DNA of 44,276 nucleotides from NCBI GenBank assembly GCA_008636045.1, contig SNRW01000014.1:1-44276 (forward strand), in the 5' to 3' direction. The position numbers were made by a program, and so were the translations under genes. Source of the DNA: Streblomastix strix (taxonomy: Eukaryota). This document shows, in pieces, positions 14,961 through 27,085 of this stretch. The notes beneath the pieces are model-generated. The model did no database searches, was not told the DNA's origin, and worked only from the letters and a program-made list of their open reading frames with translations. Numbering within the stretch: the stretch's first letter is position 1; each line of letters starts with the position of its first letter.

Positions 14961-15070
14961 AAAATCAAAAAATCAATGTCTATAATAATGCATTTTAATG
15001 TTTTAATACCTGTACCAATAATCTATTAATATTAGTTATATAAATGTATTGAAATTTTTATTAAATTTTT
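14961..15070 (+). repeat. Diverged ~110-bp direct repeat, copy 1 (copy 2 at ~19951-20060)
   Basis: aaatcaaaaaatcaatgtctataataatgcattttaatgttttaatacctgtaccaataatctattaatatt here versus aaatcaaaaaatcaatgcctataaaaatgcattttaatgttttaattcttgtgctaataatcaattaatatt at 19951. Confidence 0.85.
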
Positions 15071-15148
15071 TAGAAATAATCCTTTGATTTTTATTGGTAA
15101 AAAATGCGAAAAAATTTTTCTCTTATATATATTTATGAGTATCAACTA

Positions 15149-15290
15149 CAGAAGAACTCGGATAATTCAGACTCAGTTAATTCAGACCATCCGATAATTC
15201 AGACTTTATAAAAAATTATTCAAATTTATTTAAAAATTAGCATTAAATTTTTCTCTTAATTCAGAATTTTTATTCGGATAATTCAGACTT
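15149..15290 (+). mobile_element. Terminus of a pogo/Tc1-mariner-type DNA transposon (TA + CAGAAGAACTCGGATAATTCAGAC) with subterminal TAATTCAGAC repeats
   Basis: TA at 15147-15148 precedes a sequence closely resembling the TIR of the MITE at 41347 (CAGTAGAACTCGGTTAATTCG). TAATTCAGAC occurs four times in 15160-15290. It lies 3' of a DDE_1 transposase remnant. The partner TIR was not found. Confidence 0.75.
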
Positions 15291-15599
15291 TTTTTAAAAA
15301 TATTCTTATAGATAAATATTGGAAATTAATATAATTTTTTAAAAATTATTTTTTTTTAAAAAAAATTCTTAAATTTTGATTCAAATAAAATTTTTGCGTT
15401 TTTTTTTTAAAAAAAACCATAATTAATTTTTGTTTTACTTTCAACTCAAATTATTCATTGTTGTTACAAAAAATGTATTTATTATAATTTAACTTTTAAA
15501 ATTAATACCGGAAGGATATTTTTCTTTAATGAAAATTAAAAAAAACTATCATTTTTTTTTCATTTGAAATTTTAAATTTATTCTTTATTTTGGGTCACA

Positions 15600-17440
15600 A
15601 AGATAATATATTGGTTACTATTAACAAATTCAAGATCAATATGAAGTCGTTATCCATGATTAAGACTAAAACTTTGACCGTTTGATAACGAAACGTTAAT
15701 TTGTCTCCTTTACTCTCGTCCTGTTTTTTCAAGAATCGGACCGTCTACTAATTCGTGAGAATTACTCATGTTAGCATTATATTAATCTATGCTATCTTCA
15801 ACTTCTGCCTGTGTATATCTATTAAAATTTTTCTTATTCTTTTACTTTTTTCCAATTTTTGCTTTTTCAGCTGATACAAATTGAAGCATGAAGTCATCTT
15901 TTTCCGTATATGCTTCAAGATAATTGCATGCTCTCAATCTTACATTCTCGAATTGATCTTCACTTTTGTATAATGCAACAGATGCAGAACGAAAAAAAGC
16001 AGTCATCACCAACCTGATTATTGACAATTAGCTTGTTCTATGATTTTGCTAGATTTTTCATCGCTTTCATATCAGCATCTTCTTCTTCATCACTATCATT
16101 TGAACTTCCTTGTTCCATAATTATTTAATCATTTTCAAATTATTATTTTTCTGCGAACAAGCAGTCATATAGGCTCGTTGCATTGCTTTTGTAGCTGTTA
16201 TCTTCGGTATTCTCACTTTATATATCAAAATCTTCACCAATAGTAAAGCATTTTCTTTTCGAAGAATTCACCTCATTCAAATTTGTAGAAATTTCGGAAA
16301 TTGACTCTGAATGGCGAGCCAAAATAAAAATCAATAGATTGTATGTGAGATGTTAAACCACCGGGAAATGAAATAGTGGTCACTCCCTCGTCTCTCAACA
16401 GTTTCCTTGCTTGTCTGTCTTTATATCTAGGATGACCATCTAAGAAATTTACTATCATTTCAACTTATTTATAACAACTAATTGCATTCTACACAATGAT
16501 CCACTTTATTAATGTTTCAGACCATTCTCTGAATAAAAACTTTGATTGAAACCATTTTAAGCTGAAATATACATAAAAGTCTTCGATTTCAGCTATTTAT
16601 TATTTTGGAACTGAGATATACTTCAAATCTCCAATAATATATGAAGGAGGTAGATATCTCTTTCCATATGAGACAGAGAGTACAAGAGAAATATCTCCTG
16701 GGTCTGTTTTTTTTTAATTGCTCCAACTGTATTCTTTTTTCCTTTAGATTTTGCAACTTTAGTGCCGCCATCAGCGCACAGATAAATTTCATCCAAATTG
16801 ATTACACCTTGAGCACAAACATTTTTAATAATTTCGGATGAGTATATCAAAAAAGTAAAATATATAAATAAATATATCAAAAAAAATATGACATTTAAAA
16901 TAAAATAATAATAAATATACTTTTTTAAGACAGTGTGTTATGTTTGAAGCATAAAGTGCTTCCTCTTTATTTTATATTGGATCAAAAGCTTTACAGAATT
17001 ATAATTAATGTGATGCATCAAATTTCAAGATATTTGACCGATTTGGAATATCGAACGAGAAGAAAATTTGAGAACCAGCGATTAGAGTTTCAGTTGTTTT
17101 GCTCGTGACCGTGCTTATATCCATTAATTTAATGCTTCAACAATTGGGACGTTCATTTAAACTTCAAAAGATAGACTCACTCCTTTAGCTGCACGCGTTT
17201 TAATATCTTTTGCGATTCTATCTAATGACGTTTGGCTAACATACGAAGAATATCTGGACCTTTTACTCATCTAAAATTATTGGACAATTCAGTAACAATA
17301 AGCAATAGTGTACACTCAGATTGTAGTGACACGGAAATCGCTTGCAATTTTGATAATTATGCCCGGACAATGCTTCAAAGCAACAATGATTTTATCTGCC
17401 ACTGTTTATGCTTTTTTCAAAGCAATAAGTCTGTCAAATA
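15600..17440 (-). pseudogene. Decayed pogo-type DDE_1 transposase A, with a probable intron at ~16840-16920
   Basis: Minus-strand motifs VINLDEIYL (first Asp) and FLDGHPRYKD...VTTISFPGGLTSHIQSIDFYFGSPFR match the DDE_1 pattern LDGH...P..TH.LQP.D...F.P.K. In-frame TGAs occur in the N-terminal part. Boundaries are approximate. Confidence 0.8.
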
Positions 17441-17609
17441 TAAGTTTTCTATACTTTTTCGAATATTTGATTATTCAATATTAATACTTCAAACTGATCA
17501 GAGAAAAAGAAGATTAAGAAAAATGATTTAAATTAACATAAACGAATTATTTTTCAATTTCATGATTGAAATATGAATTAAAATAATATTTTTTAATTTA
17601 TTTTAATAA

Positions 17610-18914
17610 ACATTGTGGGACGTATTCTGCAACCATTCTTCCAGCAACATTCTCAGTCTCTCGCAAACGTCCGCTTAGAAATCCGCCCAGAATATTAACA
17701 GGAGTTATAGCTTGTCTCAGGGCTGAAACTGAGAGACCAATAAGAAATTCCTACGAGTCATGGCAATAATTTCTCCTAAGTGTCTACATATGTGACTTAA
17801 ATGGGCCTTATATGCCCAAATCGCATGGTTGAAGATGATGCGTTGCGTGCGGTGGCGGTTTTATTACAAGAATGTTGTTTGTTGCAAGATATGAAAGATG
17901 AATTGGTGTAATGTGGGCCATCAAATTATCCATCAATAATATAGCTCTTTCATTTGGAGGCATGCCTAATCGTATTCGCGTTGCTGTCACATGTTGCACA
18001 AAAATTGAACTCAGAAAATGCTCCATCAGTTCAATATTCATATTAGTACCTTCAGATTTTGAAATATAACAGTTTAATCCATCTCCATTTCCTGCTACTT
18101 TATATGCATGGAAGTCAACAGGTTTCTTCTAAATGATGTAAGGATTCAACGCTTCGCCATTTAGCACGATTGTTTCAGCGATAGAGAACTTTTTTTCAGG
18201 ACTGTCAACAGGAATGTTTAGCTTTCTATTTTTATCTTTGGCTCGAATAATCAATCTGCGTTTATGCGTGTCACAGTAGCCGCTGTAACCTGCTTCATCT
18301 AAGCAATAACAGAGATCGGAAAAGACGCCGATGACGTGGACTCTGATCAGTTCTCCGTACTTTTCTAAATCAACTTGCTTCACTTTGAGTCGAGCTTCCT
18401 CTTTTGCTGTTGGTGTACCAAATTCAATCTCTGTATTATGTCTGCCAATGAAAAACAAATGAAACGACTTTGATGCCCGATCCTTCCTAAATTTTGCAGT
18501 TTCTTAACGAATTTCAAATGGATAGATGCTACCTTTTGTATCAATGATGTTAAAAACTCTTTCAAGCACAATTTTCATTTCGGAATCGGTCAAATATCAA
18601 TTTTAATTTTCATTTTTCGCTTTATATCTTGAATCTTGGTGTATCTCAGATACTAATGAAGCTGCACAACCAAATACACATGCAAAGTCACAAGCTTTAT
18701 ACTCCAAAATTAGGTTAGCCCTCTCCAATTTGACTAGGATGCGAATTGCTCTACTCATGGACTGCGGCGGTTTATCTTCCATCTCATCAAGGATTAAGTC
18801 GCATTTTAATTCTGAATAGATGTCATATAATGCAATTTCGAACAAAAAAGGATCGAAATTGATAATACGCTTATCTGTCGGAGACAAATCTTTTTCCATT
18901 TTATGTAAAACCAT
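17610..18914 (-). pseudogene. pogo-type DDE_1 transposase B, nearly intact (one premature TGA at 18597-18599, C-terminus apparently truncated)
   Basis: ORF-track pieces 18603-18914, 18129-18458 and 17808-18041 share one frame and join under code 6. Motifs: YCLDEAGYSG, AILLMDNLMAH, PPPHATHHLQPCDLGIQGPFK. Confidence 0.88.
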
Positions 18915-19046
18915 AAAAAAAACTAACGAATAATGAAAACCCTCGCCTGACTCTAGGCCTGTTAAAATCCGATAATTCCGTCCGCGTTAGTGTTTTTCTT
19001 TACGTCGGAAGCGATAAATAAAAAAAAATACAAAATTTTTAAATTA

Positions 19047-19943
19047 TAGTCGGTTTTTGTTTTTAGTAGTTCGTAAGATTTTTGGTTAAATTCAAATAAT
19101 TAATTTTGCGAGGACATTACAATACTCTTCGAATTTCTATTTTACTTCATATTATAAATCCTTATTACAATAATTTTTGATATAAAGCAAAGATACTTCC
19201 CAGTTACTTCGTTATTATAATATATATAACTATCAATTTTTCGTTATTTGTATAGTTATATAATATGCATATTAAACTTATGATAATTTTACAACAAATA
19301 CACTTGAACAAACATTCAAAAATTTTGAATATTTTTACTTGCAAATTTTTATAGAGCCAAAGCACAATTGCTGTTCAAAATATGAATAAATGCGAATTGT
19401 ATAATTTGACATTATTTTATATTAATATTTTTCAGATTTATTACTTTTTATCTTCTAGAATCCAGTCCAAAATTTGTTTTGACCATCCAGGCAACATTTT
19501 AGCTTTGCAAGGTATGTTGCCAACGACTTTTAAAAGATTATATTTATATAAACTCTTTTTTATCTACAGACATGTTCAATATTGGAACTGGATACATGTT
19601 TAATACTTAACACGATTTCATCGATCTACTCAACCAATTTCATCCAAAGAAACATAATTTATAAAGATTAGTTTATGGTTTATATATTTATTTTTTTGTT
19701 TATGTATTTCGCAACCGGTTTATATATTTATAAAATTTTAAATTTTTCTTCTTTTTAAATAGCTGATTAAGGCAGACTCAATAATACAATTTAAGTTTAA
19801 ATACAATAACCAGCAAATTTAATTATTTAATCGTTTCAGTTTTTCATTGATATTAAAATATTTTCTGCAATTAGTGCGTATTTGGTCTTTTGGAGTAGAA
19901 TAGTAAAAAAGCTTATGAATTATTAAAAAACAAAAACCGACTG
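19047..19943. mobile_element. ~0.9-kb non-autonomous TIR element (degenerate TIR YAGTCGGTTTTTGTTTTT)
   Basis: Left end tagtcggtttttgtttttagtagttcgtaag (19047-) versus the reverse complement of the right end, cagtcggtttttgttttttaataattcataag (-19943). Confidence 0.7.
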
Positions 19944-19950
19944 AAATTTT

Positions 19951-20060
19951 AAATCAAAAAATCAATGCCTATAAAAATGCATTTTAATGTTTTAATTCTT
20001 GTGCTAATAATCAATTAATATTTGTTATATAGAAATATACAGAAATATTTAATAAAAATT
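19951..20060 (+). repeat. Diverged ~110-bp direct repeat, copy 2 (copy 1 at ~14961-15070)
   Basis: Direct visual alignment with 14961-15070. Confidence 0.85.
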
Positions 20061-22163
20061 TTTGTTAATATCGCATCCGACAGTCTTATAAAATTCTGTA
20101 GGATTTGTCATTCATTAATTATCTTTCCATTAAATCAATTAGATTTCTAAATAAATATATTTTTAAATATCATACTTGAAATAATTAAAAATATATATAT
20201 AAAATAATATGTAAATATTGACTATTCAAATGAATTAAATATTAATTAAAAAATTTTTTTGATTTATTTTGTGAAACAGAGACTATTTTACCTATCTAAA
20301 TGATCAATTCTTTAATTTAGGAACTTCTACAATAATTTTCAGTAATTAATACTTATTTCATTTAGTAAACATTTAAAAAATATAGAATTCCGACGCTAGG
20401 GGGAGAAACTATTAACAATAGTTTTTAGTCATTTCAAAGATTTATACTTTGTATCTATATGTTATTCTTATTGCTAATGATTCATTAAAAAAAATAATAA
20501 ATATAACTAGTTATTATGTGAAACTATAAAAATAATAATTTCATTATAAGGATTATCTTTTTAACAATGTTTAATATAAATTTTTATGTGAAAAAAAATT
20601 TATGTAACAAAAATTATACATAAAATATTTTAATTCTTGAATCTATTTTTTAAATTATATTTAAAAAATTAATTAATAACTTTTTATAAATGTTGAATTT
20701 TGCAATAATAAACAAAAAAATTATTATTATTTTTTATAGTTATATTTAAATTAATATTGTCAATTAAAATAAATTAAATATTAACGAAAATATTAAATCT
20801 GTTATTTTTTTGAGAAAATCTTATTTTTTTATATAATTAAAAATGAATAAATTTCTAAATTTTATAAATTTTTTGTAGTCACCAATATTTATTAATTATT
20901 TTTTTAGAATGGAATTATAAATAGTTTTATTTATATATATTATTATAATTCTCTATTTTATTATATATTGAAATATGTTAACGTGGATTCAACTCCCCGA
21001 ACGTTAACATTTTTCGTGAATGATAAAGAATAAATAAATTATTTAACGGATGTTTCACCTACCATTACATTTTGGGTACTTAATTTTTATTTAAATTTAA
21101 TAATATTATATCATAATTAATATATCTTTAATTTCATTTATTTTAATCTCATTCTTTTTTTAAACACTATAATAACATTATGAATATTTATATATATTTG
21201 TATATAGGCATTCATATATATACAAGAATCTTCATTTAGAGTTCACAATTTTTAGTATCTTCCAAGACCAACTGCGAAACATCATGGATCATAAAAAATA
21301 AAGTGGAAGAAATATTGGAAAAAAGATGATATAATTGAAAACGAGAAAGGTATAAAGAGCTTTATTAGACATATAAAGAAGAAATTTACGAATAAATGAA
21401 GTGAAATAACAAGATTGATTAATATTAGAATAAGATAAATAATTTTAGAATTATTATTAGGCCGTATTAATTGGTCAAATAATTAGCATTTTTTTTTATA
21501 TTTTAGCTCTAGTTATAACTTGTGTCATTATATTTTATATTATTCATTCATTTTAAATTTTAATAAATAGTATTATAATAATTCTATTATACATAACCGC
21601 AGAAAATAATCCTTTGTATCGCACTTAAAATGTTTGAATACAGTAATAAACGACAAGAAATAAATTCAAATTTTACTGATTTGAAAATTAAGAGAAATTT
21701 TAAAAAAAAAATTTAGCTTCGGAAATTTCATTGTTGAAAGTTTGAGTTTTGACAACAATTCACTAATAACATTCAATATGTCTAATTAATAATATATTTG
21801 TACTTAAAATAACATTAATATTTCCTTACTCAGGAAACAAAGAGCATAATAAAAAATTGATTTTATTTACCCAATAAATCTTTATTTTCTATAATTATTA
21901 TTATTCAAACATAATATCAATATTTTAGGCTAAATTAATATTTAAAGCAATATTTTCAACACGTAATTATGGCTTAAAATGATTTTGAAACTGTTTTACT
22001 TTAAAACGAAATTAATCCAATATTATTTCATATTTAATTCTAAAATACTTTATTTTTCATATATTTGAAAATTTATAAAAATATTAAATTAGATTAAATA
22101 TGTTCACTTTTATTTATTTATGTTTTGTTGTTATTTATTTCATTTTTAGTTAATCAAGTTCTT

Positions 22164-25100
22164 ATGACTGATTAATTGCAAGATAACTTGAATATATTTG
22201 ATGAGCAGGTGTTTTTTTTTAATTATTTCTCATTTATGAATTAAATTCAAATTGAAATTTCCTACAGTTTTATTAGAACATCGTTATTTGTGGTAATATT
22301 CCAGCTGAAACAATTTCCTGTGAGTTGAAGACATTTATGAGAAAATTTGGTGAAATTAGGTTTATATTTACTTATTTTAATAAATAGCATAATTTATCTT
22401 GTTAATCAGCTATATATAGCTTGAAAAACGAAATGGTTATGAAGCAAGATAAGCGATTGTAATGTTCGTTTCTGAAGAAGGAGTTGAAAAATTAACAAAA
22501 AGCAAACAACAAAATCTAATTTTCAAATCTACTTGCATAATTGCTGAGAAATGCACCAAAGATCTATATATTATATTCAATATATATATATTATTTAATT
22601 TATAAGTAAATTTGATGATATAGAAATAATAAATTCATTCAATAATAAGACATGAATTATTTAGTTAATTTGGAAATACATTAAAATTGTTGAATAATAA
22701 TAGAATTTAAAAGAAAGAAAACGATGGTATTTGGCCAGTTTTATCATAGAATGATCTAATTCTAGTGAAATTTTCATGTGAAATCATTTAATAGGCTATT
22801 AAACAATATCCATCTTATATTATAAATGTTGAATAAAATGATATTGCATTTGAATTGATAAAATTAATTCATTCTCTTCCTGTTAATGTTATTGATAAGT
22901 CTATTTTTCTTGCTCTATTTCATATATCAACATATTTGAATTATTTTTATAAGCAGAAGAAATTAATTAATATTTACACATTTCAAACTCTTGAAACAAT
23001 TTTTCATCATTCAAACTCCTTTGTGAAAAATAATATATTAAAAATAATGCATATTATTCTTGATAATGAAAATGAAATATTAGCTATTTAGTAGATACAT
23101 CCATTATTTGCAGATTTATAACTATCTGGCATTATATAGAGCATTTATTACAATTTCCTTCTTAATGATTAGTCTTCTTTGAATAAAAGTCATTCAGCAA
23201 TTATATTGGGTTTTTTGTTAAGAGATTAAGAAATTGATCCAGACATGAGAGATGTTATTATCTCATAATTGAAGAAAGATCTCAACGAATCTAATGACGA
23301 ATTTATAATTAAAAAAGTAATCATTGTGTTGAGTGGACTATCTTTTAAGAAATGTATACCTCATTAATTTTTTATTTAAATTATTGATATATTTATATTT
23401 AATATTATAACTTAATATAATAATTTAATATAATTATAATAATTATTATATTTTTATTTAACAGCAAACATTTCAGAGATAGTAAATAATGATTTTATTA
23501 AGGAATATACAAAATTCGCCAAATTTCTAGTTGAAAGTATATAATTCAGTTTTCTTCAATTAATTATTATCCTAATTGAGAATGGAGGAGATGAAATTGA
23601 ATAACAAATTAAATAATAATTTGACAATTTTCAATTATTAGAACTTATTGACTACTTTGACTTAGATATTGTTGAAAAAGCAGTGAAAATTTCATTGAAA
23701 TGGAATAATAATAATTTATTATAATCAGTATTTTAATTATTTGATATGAATAAATAATATTAAAGCGTAAATGATATGGATAAAAAGATGGAAATTATTA
23801 AATATAATATAATTCCAATATCACTCTCAATATTAATAAACATAAATGAATAAATTGCTTAATATTATTCTTAAATGCAACATTTTCCTGTAGTAACAGT
23901 TGGAATTTTTAATATAATTTGTATCATAATCACTGAAATAGCACTCTCTAAAGCTGCTATTTGTCAAATAATGGAAAGTGAAATCCCTCATCAGATGATT
24001 ATATTTTTGAATTATCTTCCTATTTAATAATAAAAAAATGTTTAAATTCGTTAATTTTATAATATTTCAAAATATGGATATAAGATACATTGTTAATAAC
24101 TCTTGAAACTTGGATCTGTTCAAATTCTTAGTCGATTTTTTTAATAGCCAACATCATATAATTTGAATTGTGTTTAATGTACAATTTAATTAATCATAAA
24201 TTCTGGATTATTCTTCACCTCTTCCAATTCTACCTAAGAAATTATTTTACCTGACACTTATTCATATCCATTTTATGATAAATTGAAATAAAATGGAACA
24301 ATTGAGATATTCAACTTGAATACCATTTAAAATCAATTGAATAATAAAATTTAAATTTATTTGATATATTCCCTAATTATTATTTATAAAGTACGTCAAT
24401 TTTCTTCTACAAATTTGTTGAAAACAGCAATTTCTTAACTAAAACTATCAATAGAATAATCTTTAATTTCATATTAGTTAAAGAATTTAGATATTTAATC
24501 ATTTTAACTTCTATCATATTGCAATTAGAATCACAAACTTATTCTTGATAGTGGAATAATACAGATTTTAATTTTGAATATTGAATAATAAAATTTAATG
24601 ACAAAAGAATTAATTATTAATTTTTTCATAACCTTATATGAAAATGCAACAGATGAAACAAGATTGCAATTAAGATCATAAATACCTACTGATTTAATTT
24701 GGTCATAGATAAATAGAAAGAATATGCATTAATAATTTTCTTTTTTAAGAAATTAATTATAAAATTAAGATGGATTAAACATAGATTAAAATTATCTTAT
24801 AAATAGATGTGCATTTCAATTATTAGCATGGATGATTGAAGAGGAGAAAATGAATGAAATAATAATTTTAAGAAATAAAATAATAAATCAATTAAAAAGA
24901 AATATAGAAAATAAAGCAAGAATAAATAAAGAAAGAAAGAAAGAAAATGATAATTATTTCAACTATCAAAACATAAAATAAATAGAAGAAAATATTGAAA
25001 ATAATAATATGAATGAAAATATTATAAATGATTAGATTGAATAGAATGATGAAAATATTATCATTAAAAAAAATAATGAATATAATTCTTCAATATTGAA

Positions 25101-26712
25101 AACTAATAGCATTTTTTGGAAATATATATAAGACATGATATTAATCATTGAGTAGATTAATGATAATGAATTGTAATCAGGAGCATTAATTATTATTAGT
25201 TAGACTTTATATTTAATATTTTTTGAAATGATAAAAATTTGGGATTAAGATTAATTGATTCAATCAATTTCAATTTTGATATAATTTATTGATTTTCTTG
25301 AAGATAGAATTCTAATTGAAATAATTGATGTTCAATTTTGTTAAATTCTTCATTTCATATTTGAAGAGTGCAATTATAGAGAAAACTCTTTGAAAATAAA
25401 AGAAAAAGTAATGCAGTTGATATCATTAATAGCATTTTGAGGATCATAAATGAGCAAAGATAATGAAATAAATTATTTCTATAATGTGTTTAATGAAGCA
25501 AAGTTAGAGAACAGTTTAAGTGAATTGATTGATTAATATCAATATTTTATTAGATAAATTATAGATGAAAAAATAATATAAGAAAATATAAGATTATATT
25601 CCATAATTGGACTTTGTTGCATTAATAAAGATAAATGGATAAAAGAGAAATATTTCAATATTATTTCAGAAATATCAAAAGATAAAATCAATTTTTTTAT
25701 TCTCAAATTTGAACATCAATCATCCATAATTAATTTATAAAATGATAACTAATTAACTGATGAAATCATTTTTATAATTGATGATTATGAATTTGAAAAT
25801 ATTAGATAAATTCTTACATCGTTGAATAGTTTGAAGTATTTATCTAATATTTAATTAATTCAAATCAATCATGGATAATTTATTAAATCAATTTTACCTC
25901 TCATACATTTGAATTGCAACTGTCCTATGAATATCACTAATCTAAATTATTCACAAATCTCTTAAATTATTTCAGCTGCTTTTCAAACATTATCAAAGTC
26001 TATTGATAATCTGAATGAGGATCTTGTTGATGAACTAAACACAGAACATTAACTATTCGAACACATTATTCCTTTCATTATTAATGATTAATCTAAGAAT
26101 AGTTTGGATGAATAACCATAAAAATCAATTCAATCAGAATAAATTAAATCATTACTATCAAAACAACAACAGAATAATATAACAATTGCTGCATTGACGT
26201 TGCTTTAAGTATTAATGAGAAAATCATCATTTATTAGAATTTAAGTTTTTTCCAATGATTAACTTGTTCAAAACATAATCCATCATGCAATTGAAAAACA
26301 TACACATATTTTAAATATGAATTAAATTTAATTAATTTAATTAAGATCACTTTAAATTATTGGCATAGTAAGTATAGAAAGTGATACAGAAATGTTGATG
26401 GAATTGATTCATGAATAATTTAAAGTAAAACAAATATCTGATCAAATTTGTAATGCAGGAGGAAGTAATGTTGATTTTGATGATAGTATTGCAGCAGCTG
26501 TTAATATTCTTTGCAGTCTTCTAAGCCGATTTTCTTTCCAGAATTTTAATGATAATTTTAATCTATTAAAGAATGATTTAATGTAGAATATTGAAGAAGA
26601 AGGAATTGTTGAAGAAAATCAAACTCTTTTATTCAACTCTGATACAAGAGTGTTTGTTGGAATTTAGAAGTATTCATCAGAATTAAATATTGAATTATAA
26701 AAGTTGATCTGA
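22164..26712 (+). CDS. RRM + ARM/HEAT-like repeat protein with the shared 'AGG...EEEG..EE' C-terminal module; introns 22209-22267, 22360-22409, 23354-23464; one internal TGA at 25438-25440
   Basis: The spliced code-6 N-terminus NIVICGNIPAETISCELKTFMRKFGEISYIQLEKRNGYEARQAIVMFVSEEG is RNP2/RNP1-like. It is followed by >1,200 codons of helical repeats (e.g. HSAIILGFLLRDQEIDPDMRDVIISQLK; YPFYDKLKQNGTIEIF) and ends ICNAGGSN...MQNIEEEGIVEENQTLLFN...KLI-TGA. Confidence 0.75.
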
Positions 26713-27085
26713 AGCTTTGAAAATGATATTCGAATTATAAATTCAGTTTATTATCATATGTTTTAAATCAAACAAGTATTTGACTTCTCATAAATCGGAT
26801 GAATAGATTATTTGTCATGAAAAGAGTGATATTTATTTAATTTTATCTTTATGTAAATATTTTTGTTTTGATTTTTCATATTTAATAAATATATATAAAA
26901 GAAATGTAAGATTAAGAAAGTAGTATTCTTTATTAACTTATACGAATTGTAATTATTTATTTCTTTTTTTTTAATATACAAGTAAAACTTATTAAGATAG
27001 ATTAAAAACGCATACAATAAATGAATAAAATATAAAATTAATAATGAAATCTTGTTAAAGATTTTAATAATATAAAAAATAACAA

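Noticed and set aside
15149..15290. TAATTCAGAC repeats (and TTAATTCGTA at 41360-41402) as a CRISPR-like array
   Set aside because: Units are ~10 bp with very short spacers, there are no cas genes, and they are explained as transposon subterminal repeats.
20075..20100. TTCTGTA as the partner TIR of the 15149 transposon end
   Set aside because: Only about 7 terminal bases match and the subterminal boxes are absent.
21210..21410. Short coding-like segment upstream of the RRM-ARM gene
   Set aside because: Too short, with no recognisable motif and no supportable exon structure.
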